A stretch of 57,048 bases of DNA from a virus (Duplodnaviria; Caudoviricetes). The notes beneath the pieces are model-generated. The model did not search any database, had not been told where the DNA came from, and was given only the letters and a program-made list of their open reading frames with translations. Made by a program: the position numbers and the translations under genes. Location: the IMG/VR virus record IMGVR_UViG_3300046820_001085, positions 1 to 57,048 of that record. One strand, 5' to 3'. Below are positions 33,616 through 42,327 of the stretch, in pieces (position 1 is the first letter of the stretch; each line of letters starts with the position of its first letter).

Positions 33616-36567
33616 TTAAGGCTTGCCTAATGTATATCCTTGACTGTCTAGATATGCTAATTTAGCGGCTATTCGATTCAATGCTTCAGCTATTGTAGTA
33701 GGAGCTGGACTTGCCCAGTTAGCCGGAACTGCCGGAGCATAGCTACTACTACCACCTAATACACTTGCGCCGGTACTATCAACAATATCACCACCTGCTG
33801 GCAATGTTAAATCACCATCTGTGCCAAACTTCCAAACGCTGACTGTGCCTTCATTGATGCTGGAACCAATTTCAACACCTTGTGTGCTTGGTCCATAAAG
33901 TCCTGGCATCTTAACATAGTTGTAGTCGTCACCAAAGTATAAATCTGTTGAACTATTTTGTCCTGCTGGCCGCATAATGTGGAAGTGACTTGGGCCGCCG
34001 GGTTCTGGCAATGCACCAAACTCTAAACCACCACGACTTGTTACCATGCTCACAACACCATTTGTGCCCACGCTGACTGAATAGTTGTTAGTACCGTCTG
34101 TGTTTGTTATTTCGCTGATTGTTACAGCAGGAGCACTATCACCATATAAGCTGCCGGTGACAGCAACGCCATCGCCGTCAAAGCCGCTACTGCTGTTGTC
34201 GTTGCCATAGCCACCGTCCTCTCCGCTAGTACCAATAATGTTAATGTCAGCACCTGTGGCAAATACGCCAAAAATACCTGCTTGGTAGGTAACAACATAG
34301 TCACCACCGCCAAAAGCACTTGCGCCGGTCACTACATTGCCATCGTTATAACTAATTTCTGTTTCCAAATTGGTGTGAATGGCATTAGCACCATCGTATT
34401 CATCATCGCCGCCGTCATCGATACTATAATCTGGCCATATTTCACTAGGACGAGGCAATGTACCTGTTACAGTATAACTTAGAATTGCGCCAAAGCTCAC
34501 GCCAGTAATTGTTACAGTAACATCGTTGTCGGGTGTTAGCAGAAAATTGCCATTAGCATCTTGAATTGTGTTACCTGGAATGACATGCACATCGTTGACT
34601 TCGTGTGTATTTGGTGCACCTTGTCCCCAACTGCCTAGGTCCAGCGTGTCGTTGTTCATGTTATAGGATATACCACTAAAGCCAGCACCATCACCAGTAG
34701 TGTACTGAGGACTGATACTAAATTGATTATTAACATCGAAGAACTCTAGGTCAACTTTTGGATTGGGGATGATTGTGTTAAAGTTACTAAAGTTAGCGTA
34801 GAATGCTGTCTTCATTTCTGCGACATTATTATAAGTGCCTTCGGTGCCACCGTCTAAAATAACATTGTCAATCACTGCTTCGACAAATGTTTTTAATGTT
34901 GTTGTTTGTGTTTGAACATCCCAATCGGAACCATCACCGATTACAACTAACATTGCTACAATATCACTGCCAGTTAATCCTGTTACTTGGAAGTCATCAC
35001 TGTTAGTAGATGTGTCAATGGCACTAGTTGGTGTAACTGTATCTTTGTAAATTACTAGCTTGTTGATGGGACCGTTGTTATCATCGCCGTTGTTATACAT
35101 TGTACCATAGTGTGCTCTAAAGCCTTTGTATGGTGCTAGTAATCCGTTGCTGCCAGTAGTTGCTGAGATTGTAACTGTGCCATCACTTGAATTTGTTGTA
35201 ATAGCAATACCATCTCCTGCAACTAATGCTAATTCATTACCGGCTTCGTCGGCTAATACATCATCTTGGCCAAGCACAGCTACTTTAGTAAATCCACCAG
35301 CACTACTACCGCCGCCTAACACAGAGTTGCCATTACTGTCTTTGATGTCGCCACCTGCAGGCAGTGTTAGATTACCATCTGCGCCAAATGTCCATTCGTT
35401 TTGGTCACCGCTAAAATCTGTAGTTAAGATAATGTCAGTTGGTCTCAGGCTAAACTGTGTAGTTCTGTTGCCTGACTCCACATCACGGTTTTGTAGGCTC
35501 AGGGTTACGCCGCCTGGCTCGCCTTCGACTGTGGGATTGAATACTCTAAGATTCAAATCATTACCTTGTTGAGCAAAGATATGCCCAGGTGTAGTTAAAT
35601 TACCATCAGTTTCAAAACGCCAAACATTTTGATCGCCACCATTGTTATCATTGGTGCCAATCTCAACACCGTATGCTGGATTTTGACCATATGCGGCTGG
35701 GCGTTGAAGAACATAGTTGTAGTCGTCGCCAAAGTACAAGTCTGTGCCACCGCTGCCATTTTCCCCCATGGGTCGCATAATGTGGAAGTGTGTTGGGCCA
35801 CCTGGTTCTGGCTGTGCACCAAACTCCAGACCGCCGCGAGCAGTTACCATAGTAACAACACCATTAGTAGCCACACTAACCGAGTATGTACCTATGCCAT
35901 CTGTGTTGGTAATTTCACTTATATTACCGCTACTACCACCAGGTGTCACCCATTCAGTGTTGTAATCATCGCCGTCAATTTTAGCAAGAACTTGTCCAGT
36001 TGTACCTCCTGTTGGCACACCTTGGCCAGGTGCTCCATCATTGCCAGGTGCTCCATCGTTGCCGTTCATACCTGCGGCTCCTGTATCGCCTTTTGGTCCC
36101 TGTGCGCCTGCGGCGCCATCATTACCAGCAGGTCCCGTGGTCAATGTTGGCTTGCCAGTTAAGTCAGCATAAGCACCTGAGAACAATGTTGGCTTGCCAG
36201 TTAAGTCAGCATAAGCACCTGAGAACAATGCTGGCTTGCCAGTTACAGCGGTCCAGGCAACACTGGTAATAAACCCACTGTCGTTTGTTAAGTCGCTTAC
36301 TTTACTTGGGATACTTGGTTTGCTTGTTAAGTCAGCGTAAGATCCGCTTGTAGCAACAGCGGCAAAGCTTGGCTTGCCTGTAATGCTACTCCAGCTAGTA
36401 GGGCCTCCGCCACCACTACCTCCACCATTGATTAGTTCACCACCTGGGGTACTTCCGTTGTGGAAGTACAAATATCCGTCTCTATAGGTGATTTCACCAA
36501 AACGTCCCAAGTGGTCGTCGGGTGTTGTGTCGTTCACCCTGAACGTATAAATTTTACGAGCTGTCAT
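33616..36567 (-). CDS. Fibre-like virion protein with a collagen (Gly-X-Y) segment and a duplicated internal domain
   Basis: GPAGNDGAAGAQGPKGDTG... collagen run, GKPxLFSGAYADLT repeats and WxFxxDGxLTLP repeats. Late box TAAATA at 36612-36607. Confidence 0.75.
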   Translation of the reverse strand: MTARKIYTFRVNDTTPDDHLGRFGEITYRDGYLYFHNGSTPGGELINGGGSGGGGPTSWSSITGKPSFAAVATSGSYADLTSKPSIPSKVSDLTNDSGFITSVAWTAVTGKPALFSGAYADLTGKPTLFSGAYADLTGKPTLTTGPAGNDGAAGAQGPKGDTGAAGMNGNDGAPGNDGAPGQGVPTGGTTGQVLAKIDGDDYNTEWVTPGGSSGNISEITNTDGIGTYSVSVATNGVVTMVTARGGLEFGAQPEPGGPTHFHIMRPMGENGSGGTDLYFGDDYNYVLQRPAAYGQNPAYGVEIGTNDNNGGDQNVWRFETDGNLTTPGHIFAQQGNDLNLRVFNPTVEGEPGGVTLSLQNRDVESGNRTTQFSLRPTDIILTTDFSGDQNEWTFGADGNLTLPAGGDIKDSNGNSVLGGGSSAGGFTKVAVLGQDDVLADEAGNELALVAGDGIAITTNSSDGTVTISATTGSNGLLAPYKGFRAHYGTMYNNGDDNNGPINKLVIYKDTVTPTSAIDTSTNSDDFQVTGLTGSDIVAMLVVIGDGSDWDVQTQTTTLKTFVEAVIDNVILDGGTEGTYNNVAEMKTAFYANFSNFNTIIPNPKVDLEFFDVNNQFSISPQYTTGDGAGFSGISYNMNNDTLDLGSWGQGAPNTHEVNDVHVIPGNTIQDANGNFLLTPDNDVTVTITGVSFGAILSYTVTGTLPRPSEIWPDYSIDDGGDDEYDGANAIHTNLETEISYNDGNVVTGASAFGGGDYVVTYQAGIFGVFATGADINIIGTSGEDGGYGNDNSSSGFDGDGVAVTGSLYGDSAPAVTISEITNTDGTNNYSVSVGTNGVVSMVTSRGGLEFGALPEPGGPSHFHIMRPAGQNSSTDLYFGDDYNYVKMPGLYGPSTQGVEIGSSINEGTVSVWKFGTDGDLTLPAGGDIVDSTGASVLGGSSSYAPAVPANWASPAPTTIAEALNRIAAKLAYLDSQGYTLGKP
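36142..36245 (-). repeat. 42-bp coding tandem repeat, about 2.5 copies
   Basis: CAATGTTGGCTTGCCAGTTAAGTCAGCATAAGCACCTGAGAA at 36142 and 36184, partial copy at 36226. Confidence 0.9.
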
Positions 36568-36700
36568 ATAATTATGTCCTATTTTGCCAAAGAGATGGCG
36601 TCCATATATTTATCACTTTGCATTAGTTGGCTCATTTGTCCAGAATGACAGAAATTCATTGATTTGGCTATTGCTTTTTGACCACGATCATAAGTACAAT

Positions 36701-36734
36701 ACAACACATGCAAGACAATTCAAGCATGTGTTGT
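36701..36734 (+). promoter_or_regulatory. 5' leader hairpin upstream of the SSB gene
   Basis: ACAACACATGC-12 nt-GCATGTGTTGT, just after overlapping TTGCTT-18-TACAAT and TAAGTA promoter boxes. Confidence 0.55.
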
Positions 36735-36789
36735 TTGACTCAATAGAGACAAAACACTAACATTGGCTAATATATAAAGGAAAAACATT

Positions 36790-37776
36790 ATGGCTTCATT
36801 AGCAGAAATCCGCGCTCGCTTAGCCGAGCAAGCACAAAAATCCGGTGGTACTCAGCAGGGTACAGGCGATAACGCAATTTACGCACACTGGAATATCCCC
36901 GAAGGTACATCCGCAACGCTACGCTTCCTCCCAGATGGTGACGAAAGCAATACTTTCTTCTGGAAAGAGCGTCAGATGATCAAGATCGAGTTCCCAGGTG
37001 TTAAGGGACAAGACGAAAGCAAGAAAGTTGTTGTACAAGTTCCTTGCGTTGAGATGTGGGGCGAGACTTGCCCAATCCATGCTCAAATCCGTCCTTGGTT
37101 CAAAGATCCAAATATGGAAACACTGGGACGCAAGTATTGGAAGAAACGCAGTTATGTTTTCCAGGGCTTTGTTGTCAACAGCCCAATGGAAGAACAAAGC
37201 ACACCAGAAAATCCAATCCGTCGCTTCATCATCAGCCCACAGATCTTTACCTTGATCAAGCAAGCATTGATGGATCCAGACATGGAAGAATTGCCAACAG
37301 ACTACATGCGTGGCACTGACTTCCGTCTTAACAAGACACAAAAAGGTGGCTATGCTGACTACTCTACAAGTGGCTGGGCACGTAAAGAACGTGGCTTAAA
37401 CGAAGATGAGTTGCAGGCAATTGCCCAACACAACTTGTTCAACTTGAACGACTTTATGCCCAAGCGTCCTGGTACTGATGAGCTTCGTGCTATCGTTGAG
37501 ATGTTTGAAGCGTCAGTTGATGGTCAGTTGTATGATCCAGAAAAGTGGAGCAAGTTTTACCGTCCAAGTGGCGTTCAGATTGCCAACGCAACTGGCGCAG
37601 TCGCAGATCCGGATGAGGACACAGTAGCAAGCAAGCCGGCACCTGTTGCGGCCCGCCCTGCTCCAATTCCAGCACCTGCTCCACAGGCAACAACCACAGC
37701 CGCACCTGCCGCTGACGCAGGCGGTAAGCCCAGCGTTGACGACATCCTAAAGATGATTCGTAATCGTTCAAATTAA
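36790..37776 (+). CDS. Single-stranded DNA-binding protein, T4 gp32-like
   Basis: LRFLPD, PCVEMWGETCPI, YWKKRSY, GTDFRLNK, YADYSTS and C-terminal DDILKMIR. Precedes uvsX. Confidence 0.85.
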   Translation: MASLAEIRARLAEQAQKSGGTQQGTGDNAIYAHWNIPEGTSATLRFLPDGDESNTFFWKERQMIKIEFPGVKGQDESKKVVVQVPCVEMWGETCPIHAQIRPWFKDPNMETLGRKYWKKRSYVFQGFVVNSPMEEQSTPENPIRRFIISPQIFTLIKQALMDPDMEELPTDYMRGTDFRLNKTQKGGYADYSTSGWARKERGLNEDELQAIAQHNLFNLNDFMPKRPGTDELRAIVEMFEASVDGQLYDPEKWSKFYRPSGVQIANATGAVADPDEDTVASKPAPVAARPAPIPAPAPQATTTAAPAADAGGKPSVDDILKMIRNRSN

Positions 37777-37786
37777 TTGAACACAA

Positions 37787-37812
37787 AAGAGGGTAGTGAC
37801 CTGCCCTCTTCT
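37787..37812 (+). terminator. Hairpin or weak terminator between gp32 and uvsX
   Basis: AAGAGGGTAG-TGAC-CTGCCCTCTT. Confidence 0.55.
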
Positions 37813-37832
37813 TCATCTATAAGGATAATAAA

Positions 37833-38906
37833 ATGGCAAAAGCATTTGATGTCTCTAAATTTCGCAAGAGCATTACAAAATCAATTGAAGGCCTATCAGT
37901 AGGCTTTAACGACCCAACAGATTGGGTATCAACAAACAACTTTGCACTCAACTACCTGATCAGCGGTAGCTTTACCAATGGCATTCCATTAGGCAAGGTA
38001 ACAGTATTTGCTGGCGAGTCTGGTGCAGGTAAATCATTTATCTGTTCAGGTAACTTGGTTGCCAACGCACAAAAGCAAGGTATCTTCCCAATCTTAATTG
38101 ATACAGAAAACGCCCTGGATGAGAAGTGGTTACACGCACTTGGTGTAGACACAGCCGACGATAAGTTGTTAAAACTCAATATGGCCATGATTGACGACGT
38201 TGCTAAGATGATTAGCGAATTTGTTACGCAATACAAAGCCATGCCAGAAGACCAACGTCCCAAAGTCTTGTTTGTACTTGACTCGTTAGGTATGTTGCTA
38301 ACACCAACTGACGTTAACCAGTTTAACGCAGGTGATATGAAAGGTGACATGGGTCGTAAGCCTAAAGCACTTACAGCACTGGTTCGTAATTGTGTTAATA
38401 TGTTTGGTGACTTGAACTTAGGTTTGGTTGCTACTAACCACACATACGCATCACAAGATATGTTTGATCCAGATGACAAGATCTCCGGTGGTCAAGGCTT
38501 TATCTATGCCAGCAGTATCGTTGTAGCTATGCGTAAGTTAAAGCTCAAGGAAGACGAAGATGGCAACAAGATTTCAGAAGTTAAAGGTATTCGTGCCGCA
38601 TGTAAAATCATGAAGACACGTTATGCTAAACCTTTTGAATCAGTGCAAGTTAAGATTCCTTATGAAACAGGTATGAACCCCTACTCAGGCTTAACTGACT
38701 TAATCGAAGCCAAAGGCATGTTGAAGAAAGAAGGCAATAGTCTTGTTTACACAACAGCCGAAGGTGAGATTATTAAGAAGTTCCGTAAAGGTTGGGAACG
38801 CAATGACGACGGCTGTTTGGATACAGTAATGGCAAATATTACTGCTAATCCACATATCTTTGACAAGTCCGTTGCTGTAGAAGCTCCTGAAACAGTCGAG
38901 GAATAA
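37833..38906 (+). CDS. uvsX: RecA-like recombinase UvsX
   Basis: GESGAGKS, IDTENA, VLDSLG, NHTY, SGGQG, KTRYAKP. Confidence 0.92.
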   Translation: MAKAFDVSKFRKSITKSIEGLSVGFNDPTDWVSTNNFALNYLISGSFTNGIPLGKVTVFAGESGAGKSFICSGNLVANAQKQGIFPILIDTENALDEKWLHALGVDTADDKLLKLNMAMIDDVAKMISEFVTQYKAMPEDQRPKVLFVLDSLGMLLTPTDVNQFNAGDMKGDMGRKPKALTALVRNCVNMFGDLNLGLVATNHTYASQDMFDPDDKISGGQGFIYASSIVVAMRKLKLKEDEDGNKISEVKGIRAACKIMKTRYAKPFESVQVKIPYETGMNPYSGLTDLIEAKGMLKKEGNSLVYTTAEGEIIKKFRKGWERNDDGCLDTVMANITANPHIFDKSVAVEAPETVEE

Positions 38907-39344
38907 ATGTCATTTGACCATGAATCATGGTTGAGAACGCAAGGTGTAAAGATCATTGGTCGGCACACCTTGCGCCGCACAGTTAATCCTGGCTACATGG
39001 ACTGGGGCAGTAATTGGGTTGATGGCCGCATTGACTGGTCAGCTGAGCGATACACAGTACACGAAGAACAAGTATACCAGGTTGAACTTGATCAACAGAC
39101 CATTGAGCGGCTTGAACGCATGGAAGCTGACATACATCACGCTATCGACTATGCCAATCGCAAATATCATACAGCTCGAGGTTCGAGCGGATACAACGGC
39201 GGCCCAAGTGATGTAACTCAATTTTTTATTGACAACAAAGAACGTCACGAGGAATTGCTTAAAGAAAACTCAATGTACCGAGATGCTTGGAAACAGTTTC
39301 AATCCATTCGTGTCTTACTTGGTGAAAGTCCTCATTGGCCTTAA
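38907..39344 (+). CDS. Hypothetical protein
   Basis: 145-aa ORF directly after uvsX, with a GAGGA RBS. Confidence 0.7.
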   Translation: MSFDHESWLRTQGVKIIGRHTLRRTVNPGYMDWGSNWVDGRIDWSAERYTVHEEQVYQVELDQQTIERLERMEADIHHAIDYANRKYHTARGSSGYNGGPSDVTQFFIDNKERHEELLKENSMYRDAWKQFQSIRVLLGESPHWP

Positions 39345-39363
39345 CAGCAACTTGTGCTATAAT
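39335..39363 (+). promoter_or_regulatory. Sigma70-type promoter (likely leaderless)
   Basis: TTGGCC-17-TATAAT with TGn; ATG 6 nt downstream. Confidence 0.65.
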
Positions 39364-39369
39364 AGTCAT

Positions 39370-39582
39370 ATGCAACTTAAACTCTTGATCGAACAACTGC
39401 AAACGCTATATGAAGCTGAAATGGTTCATGCAGATGTTATGGGTGAACCAGAAATTATGATTGACTGTTTTAAGAAAGTTGAACAAGGTGTATTTCACTA
39501 TGCTGGCTTTAATGATCAAATAAAGATTGAAAGAAGCATTGATGGGGTATATCCTATACTAAGTGGGTTTACAGATGATTAA
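39370..39582 (+). CDS. Small hypothetical protein
   Basis: Start reassigned to the ATG at 39370 (MQLKLLIEQL), after the promoter. Confidence 0.6.
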   Translation: MQLKLLIEQLQTLYEAEMVHADVMGEPEIMIDCFKKVEQGVFHYAGFNDQIKIERSIDGVYPILSGFTDD

Positions 39583-40030
39583 AAAACTTATGCAACGGTT
39601 AGGCCGCCATAGAATTATCTTGGATAGGCAAAGCAATGAACCATTGCTTGAACGTTACTATGTGTTCCTAAAGGATCGCACATGGTTCCCGTTTAACATC
39701 TTTGTGCATAAGTTTCTTAAAAGTGATCCTGACGATGTTCATGATCATCCGTGGCCTTATGCCACACTAATATTGAAAGGTGGATACTATGAATGGATTC
39801 CTCAATTTGACAAGCAGGGCAACAAGTTCAGTGAAATCGCTGTATGGCGAGGACCCGGCAGTTTTCGTGTATGTGGCGCTAACAGCTATCATCGTATTGA
39901 GCTTGATCCTAGCGTAGAGTGCTGGACAATGTTCATGCCCGGCCCGCAAAAACGTGAATGGGGTTTCTTAGTAAAGAACAAATGGGTTCACAACGAAGAA
40001 TATCTCACTCAAATGGCAAAACAAAAATAA
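39575..40030 (+). CDS. Cupin-fold protein
   Basis: HDHPW...ILKGGYYE and HRIEL metal-binding cupin pattern. The ATG at 39575 overlaps the end of the previous gene. Confidence 0.7.
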   Translation: MIKKLMQRLGRHRIILDRQSNEPLLERYYVFLKDRTWFPFNIFVHKFLKSDPDDVHDHPWPYATLILKGGYYEWIPQFDKQGNKFSEIAVWRGPGSFRVCGANSYHRIELDPSVECWTMFMPGPQKREWGFLVKNKWVHNEEYLTQMAKQK

Positions 40031-40079
40031 CTGATTGACTAAGTATCGCAGTCAACTAAATGACAAAAACGGAGATTAC

Positions 40080-40319
40080 ATGATAATGAATGATTCAGGA
40101 GAAATGCTGGTGCAGATGTGGCTAGCTTTAAAACCATACATTGACAAGAAAGAACGATCTGATGCTGCCTTGGCATTTTTACATGCCGCAGGCGATTATT
40201 TAGATTTAGAAGTTGCCCGTGAAGATGGTGAAGGTTCTGATAGCTCGCTTGATTCAGCATTTGCTGAAATCTTAGGCGATGAGGAAGTTGAAGAAGACGA
40301 ATCTGAAGAAGACTATTAA
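40080..40319 (+). CDS. Small acidic hypothetical protein
   Basis: GGAG RBS at 40071, start at 40080 or 40086, coupled to uvsY. Confidence 0.65.
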   Translation: MIMNDSGEMLVQMWLALKPYIDKKERSDAALAFLHAAGDYLDLEVAREDGEGSDSSLDSAFAEILGDEEVEEDESEEDY

Positions 40320-40780
40320 TGAGTCAATGGTATAGAAAAGTTGTTGCTGATCTAAGTTGCCTTCCGGACTGTATCGAATGGTTTGAAGGCGAGCTTATTC
40401 AAGGCCGCATGGAATTAAAAATAGTCGGCAGCCTTGAAAAGGCCAGTAGAGAAATGCCAGGTATTGTTGAATACAGATTCAACCAGCTACAAGAAATTGA
40501 AGCTATACTTGAACAACTTAATATCCAACTTCGCAAAATTCGTAGTGCCAAGTTTAGACAGTTCACTGAACATTACAATCGTGCGCTAACAAGTCGTGAC
40601 GCAGAAAAGTATGTAGATGGCGAACCAGAAGTATGTGACATGGATGCCATTGTAAATGAGTTTGCTCTTGTTCGTAACAAGTTCTTGGGGCTTACAAAAG
40701 CACTTGACATCAAGCAATGGCAGTTGTCTAATGTTGTAAAACTGAGGGTAGCGGGCATGGAAGACGCAGAATTACGCTAA
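40319..40780 (+). CDS. uvsY: Recombination mediator, UvsY-like
   Basis: 153-aa helical protein (Y...LTSRDAEKYVDGE, KALDIKQWQLSNVVKLR.AG) between uvsX and uvsW. Confidence 0.75.
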   Translation: MSQWYRKVVADLSCLPDCIEWFEGELIQGRMELKIVGSLEKASREMPGIVEYRFNQLQEIEAILEQLNIQLRKIRSAKFRQFTEHYNRALTSRDAEKYVDGEPEVCDMDAIVNEFALVRNKFLGLTKALDIKQWQLSNVVKLRVAGMEDAELR

Positions 40781-40830
40781 TCTGCTTAAAAAATAGACAA
40801 TTTTTAGGGTAGTACTTAGTACTACCTTTT

Positions 40831-40983
40831 TGTGGCTTAAAAACCACAAAATTTACTATGGTATTCCCACAAAATTTACTTTGGTATTGTAAAATCAGTT
40901 GACATTTGGCTCAAGACCGCTTATAATCAATACATGGACAGCAAAAAAGAGGGCAAAACAACCCGTGTTGCTTAAAAACAACA
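40831..40983. promoter_or_regulatory. Two 18-bp palindromic operator-like sites and a 22-bp direct repeat
   Basis: TGTGGCTTAAAAACCACA (40831-40848) and TGTTGCTTAAAAACAACA (40966-40983). CCACAAAATTTACTWTGGTATT at 40844 and 40867. Confidence 0.65.
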
Positions 40984-41026
40984 TAACAAAAAAGAGGTTG
41001 CAAAGTGTCCCAAAAGCGCATATAAT
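40899..41026 (+). promoter_or_regulatory. Tandem sigma70-type early promoters
   Basis: TTGACA-17-TATAAT (40899-40927) and TTGCAA-17-TATAAT (40998-41026). Confidence 0.85.
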
Positions 41027-41066
41027 AGACAGTATTGTTAAACCATTCCACGCAAAGGAAATTAAA

Positions 41067-42122
41067 ATGTCAGCATACATTACTATCAAAAACGGCACGT
41101 ACCGTAACTTCAACATTAACAACCAAACATTCCAACTTGTTGCCGACTATAAAGAAGGCACCAAAGGTGGTTATGTTACAGTTCTTGCAGATGAGTCACT
41201 TGGCATCTTTGCAGGACGTGAAGTTCGCGTTAAAGTAGATTCCATGCAAGACGTGGAACCTGCTAGTGCCGCAGATTGTGCTACCACCAGCATCGAAGCC
41301 AATTACGATACCCCAAAGAAAAAGGAATCTAAAGTGCAGGAAACTGACGAACAAGCTATTGAGCGTATCCGTGAACGTTTTGACATCTTGGAAGAGATGA
41401 CTGAAGGTGCTGTTGATGGTACTGTCCGTGCTATGATCGTTGTAGGCCCTCCAGGCGTAGGTAAAAGCTTTGGTGTTGAGAAGGTGCTTGACAAGAGTGC
41501 CATGTTTGACAAGATTGGTGGACGCCGCCCACGTTATGAAGTTGTTAAAGGTGCAATGTCGGCAATCGGCTTGTATTGCAAGCTTTACAACTACAGCGGC
41601 GAAGGCAATGTCCTAGTATTCGACGACTGCGATAGCGTGTTGATGGACGAGCTGTCACTTAACATCTTGAAAGCGGCTCTAGACAGTTCCAAGAAACGTA
41701 CAATTTGCTGGAACACAGACAGCCGTATGTTACGCTCAGAAGGCGTGCCAGATCGCTTCGAGTTCAAGGGCTCTGCAATCTTTATCACCAACATTAAGTT
41801 TGAGAACGTGCGTTCTGCAAAACTTAAAGATCACTTAGGTGCTTTGGAAAGCCGTTGTCACTATCTGGACTTGACACTTGACACGGCACGTGACAAGATG
41901 TTGCGTATCAAACAGATTATGTTGGACGGCATGTTGGATCACTACGAGTTTGAAGAAGGTGCCAAGCAAGAATTGTATGAGTACGTTGACACTAACAAAG
42001 ACAAATTGCGTGAACTGAGCCTGCGTACAGTTATTAAGATTGCAGACTTGAAAAAGATGTGCGGTCCTGGCAACGACAAGTGGAAGCGTCTTGCAGAGAC
42101 CACTGTTATGAAACGTGCATAA
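41067..42122 (+). CDS. P-loop AAA+ ATPase
   Basis: Walker A GPPGVGKS, Walker B VLVFDDCD, FITN sensor and ALESR arginine finger. Start reassigned to the ATG at 41067 (AAGGA RBS). Confidence 0.85.
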   Translation: MSAYITIKNGTYRNFNINNQTFQLVADYKEGTKGGYVTVLADESLGIFAGREVRVKVDSMQDVEPASAADCATTSIEANYDTPKKKESKVQETDEQAIERIRERFDILEEMTEGAVDGTVRAMIVVGPPGVGKSFGVEKVLDKSAMFDKIGGRRPRYEVVKGAMSAIGLYCKLYNYSGEGNVLVFDDCDSVLMDELSLNILKAALDSSKKRTICWNTDSRMLRSEGVPDRFEFKGSAIFITNIKFENVRSAKLKDHLGALESRCHYLDLTLDTARDKMLRIKQIMLDGMLDHYEFEEGAKQELYEYVDTNKDKLRELSLRTVIKIADLKKMCGPGNDKWKRLAETTVMKRA

Positions 42123-42164
42123 GGTTACCGACAGCTGACTATTTGCGTGGAATGTGGTCGGTGG

Positions 42165-42193
42165 GAAAGGGTTCTTTGGAACCCTTTCTTTTT
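42165..42193 (+). terminator. Intrinsic terminator
   Basis: GAAAGGGTTC-TTTG-GAACCCTTTCTTTTT. Confidence 0.88.
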
Positions 42194-42327
42194 GGCAAAA
42201 ATATATTTTTAGGCCTGCTCAAAAAACCGGTGTTTTTACGGTAAGTATACGTAACCCCACTATCAGTTTCTCCGCTTTGGCATAATATGACTATACATTG
42301 CCGGCGGAGTGTGTTATTATAGATACT

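Noticed and set aside
36701-36745. H-type pseudoknot like the T4 gene 32 leader
   Set aside because: The only loop-to-downstream complement (TCAA/TTGA) is 4 bp and too close to the stem, so it is reported only as a hairpin.
40899-41066. N-terminal extensions in the ORF track (also at 4343, 11549, 39229, 40035, 42298, 46584, 52018)
   Set aside because: They run through promoter sequences or upstream genes. Downstream ATGs have better RBS or promoter geometry.
42123-42300. tRNA or other structured RNA gene in this and other intergenic gaps
   Set aside because: No cloverleaf or T-loop (GTTCRA) pattern was recognised. Only a terminator and a short ACCGAC/GTCGGT pairing are present.
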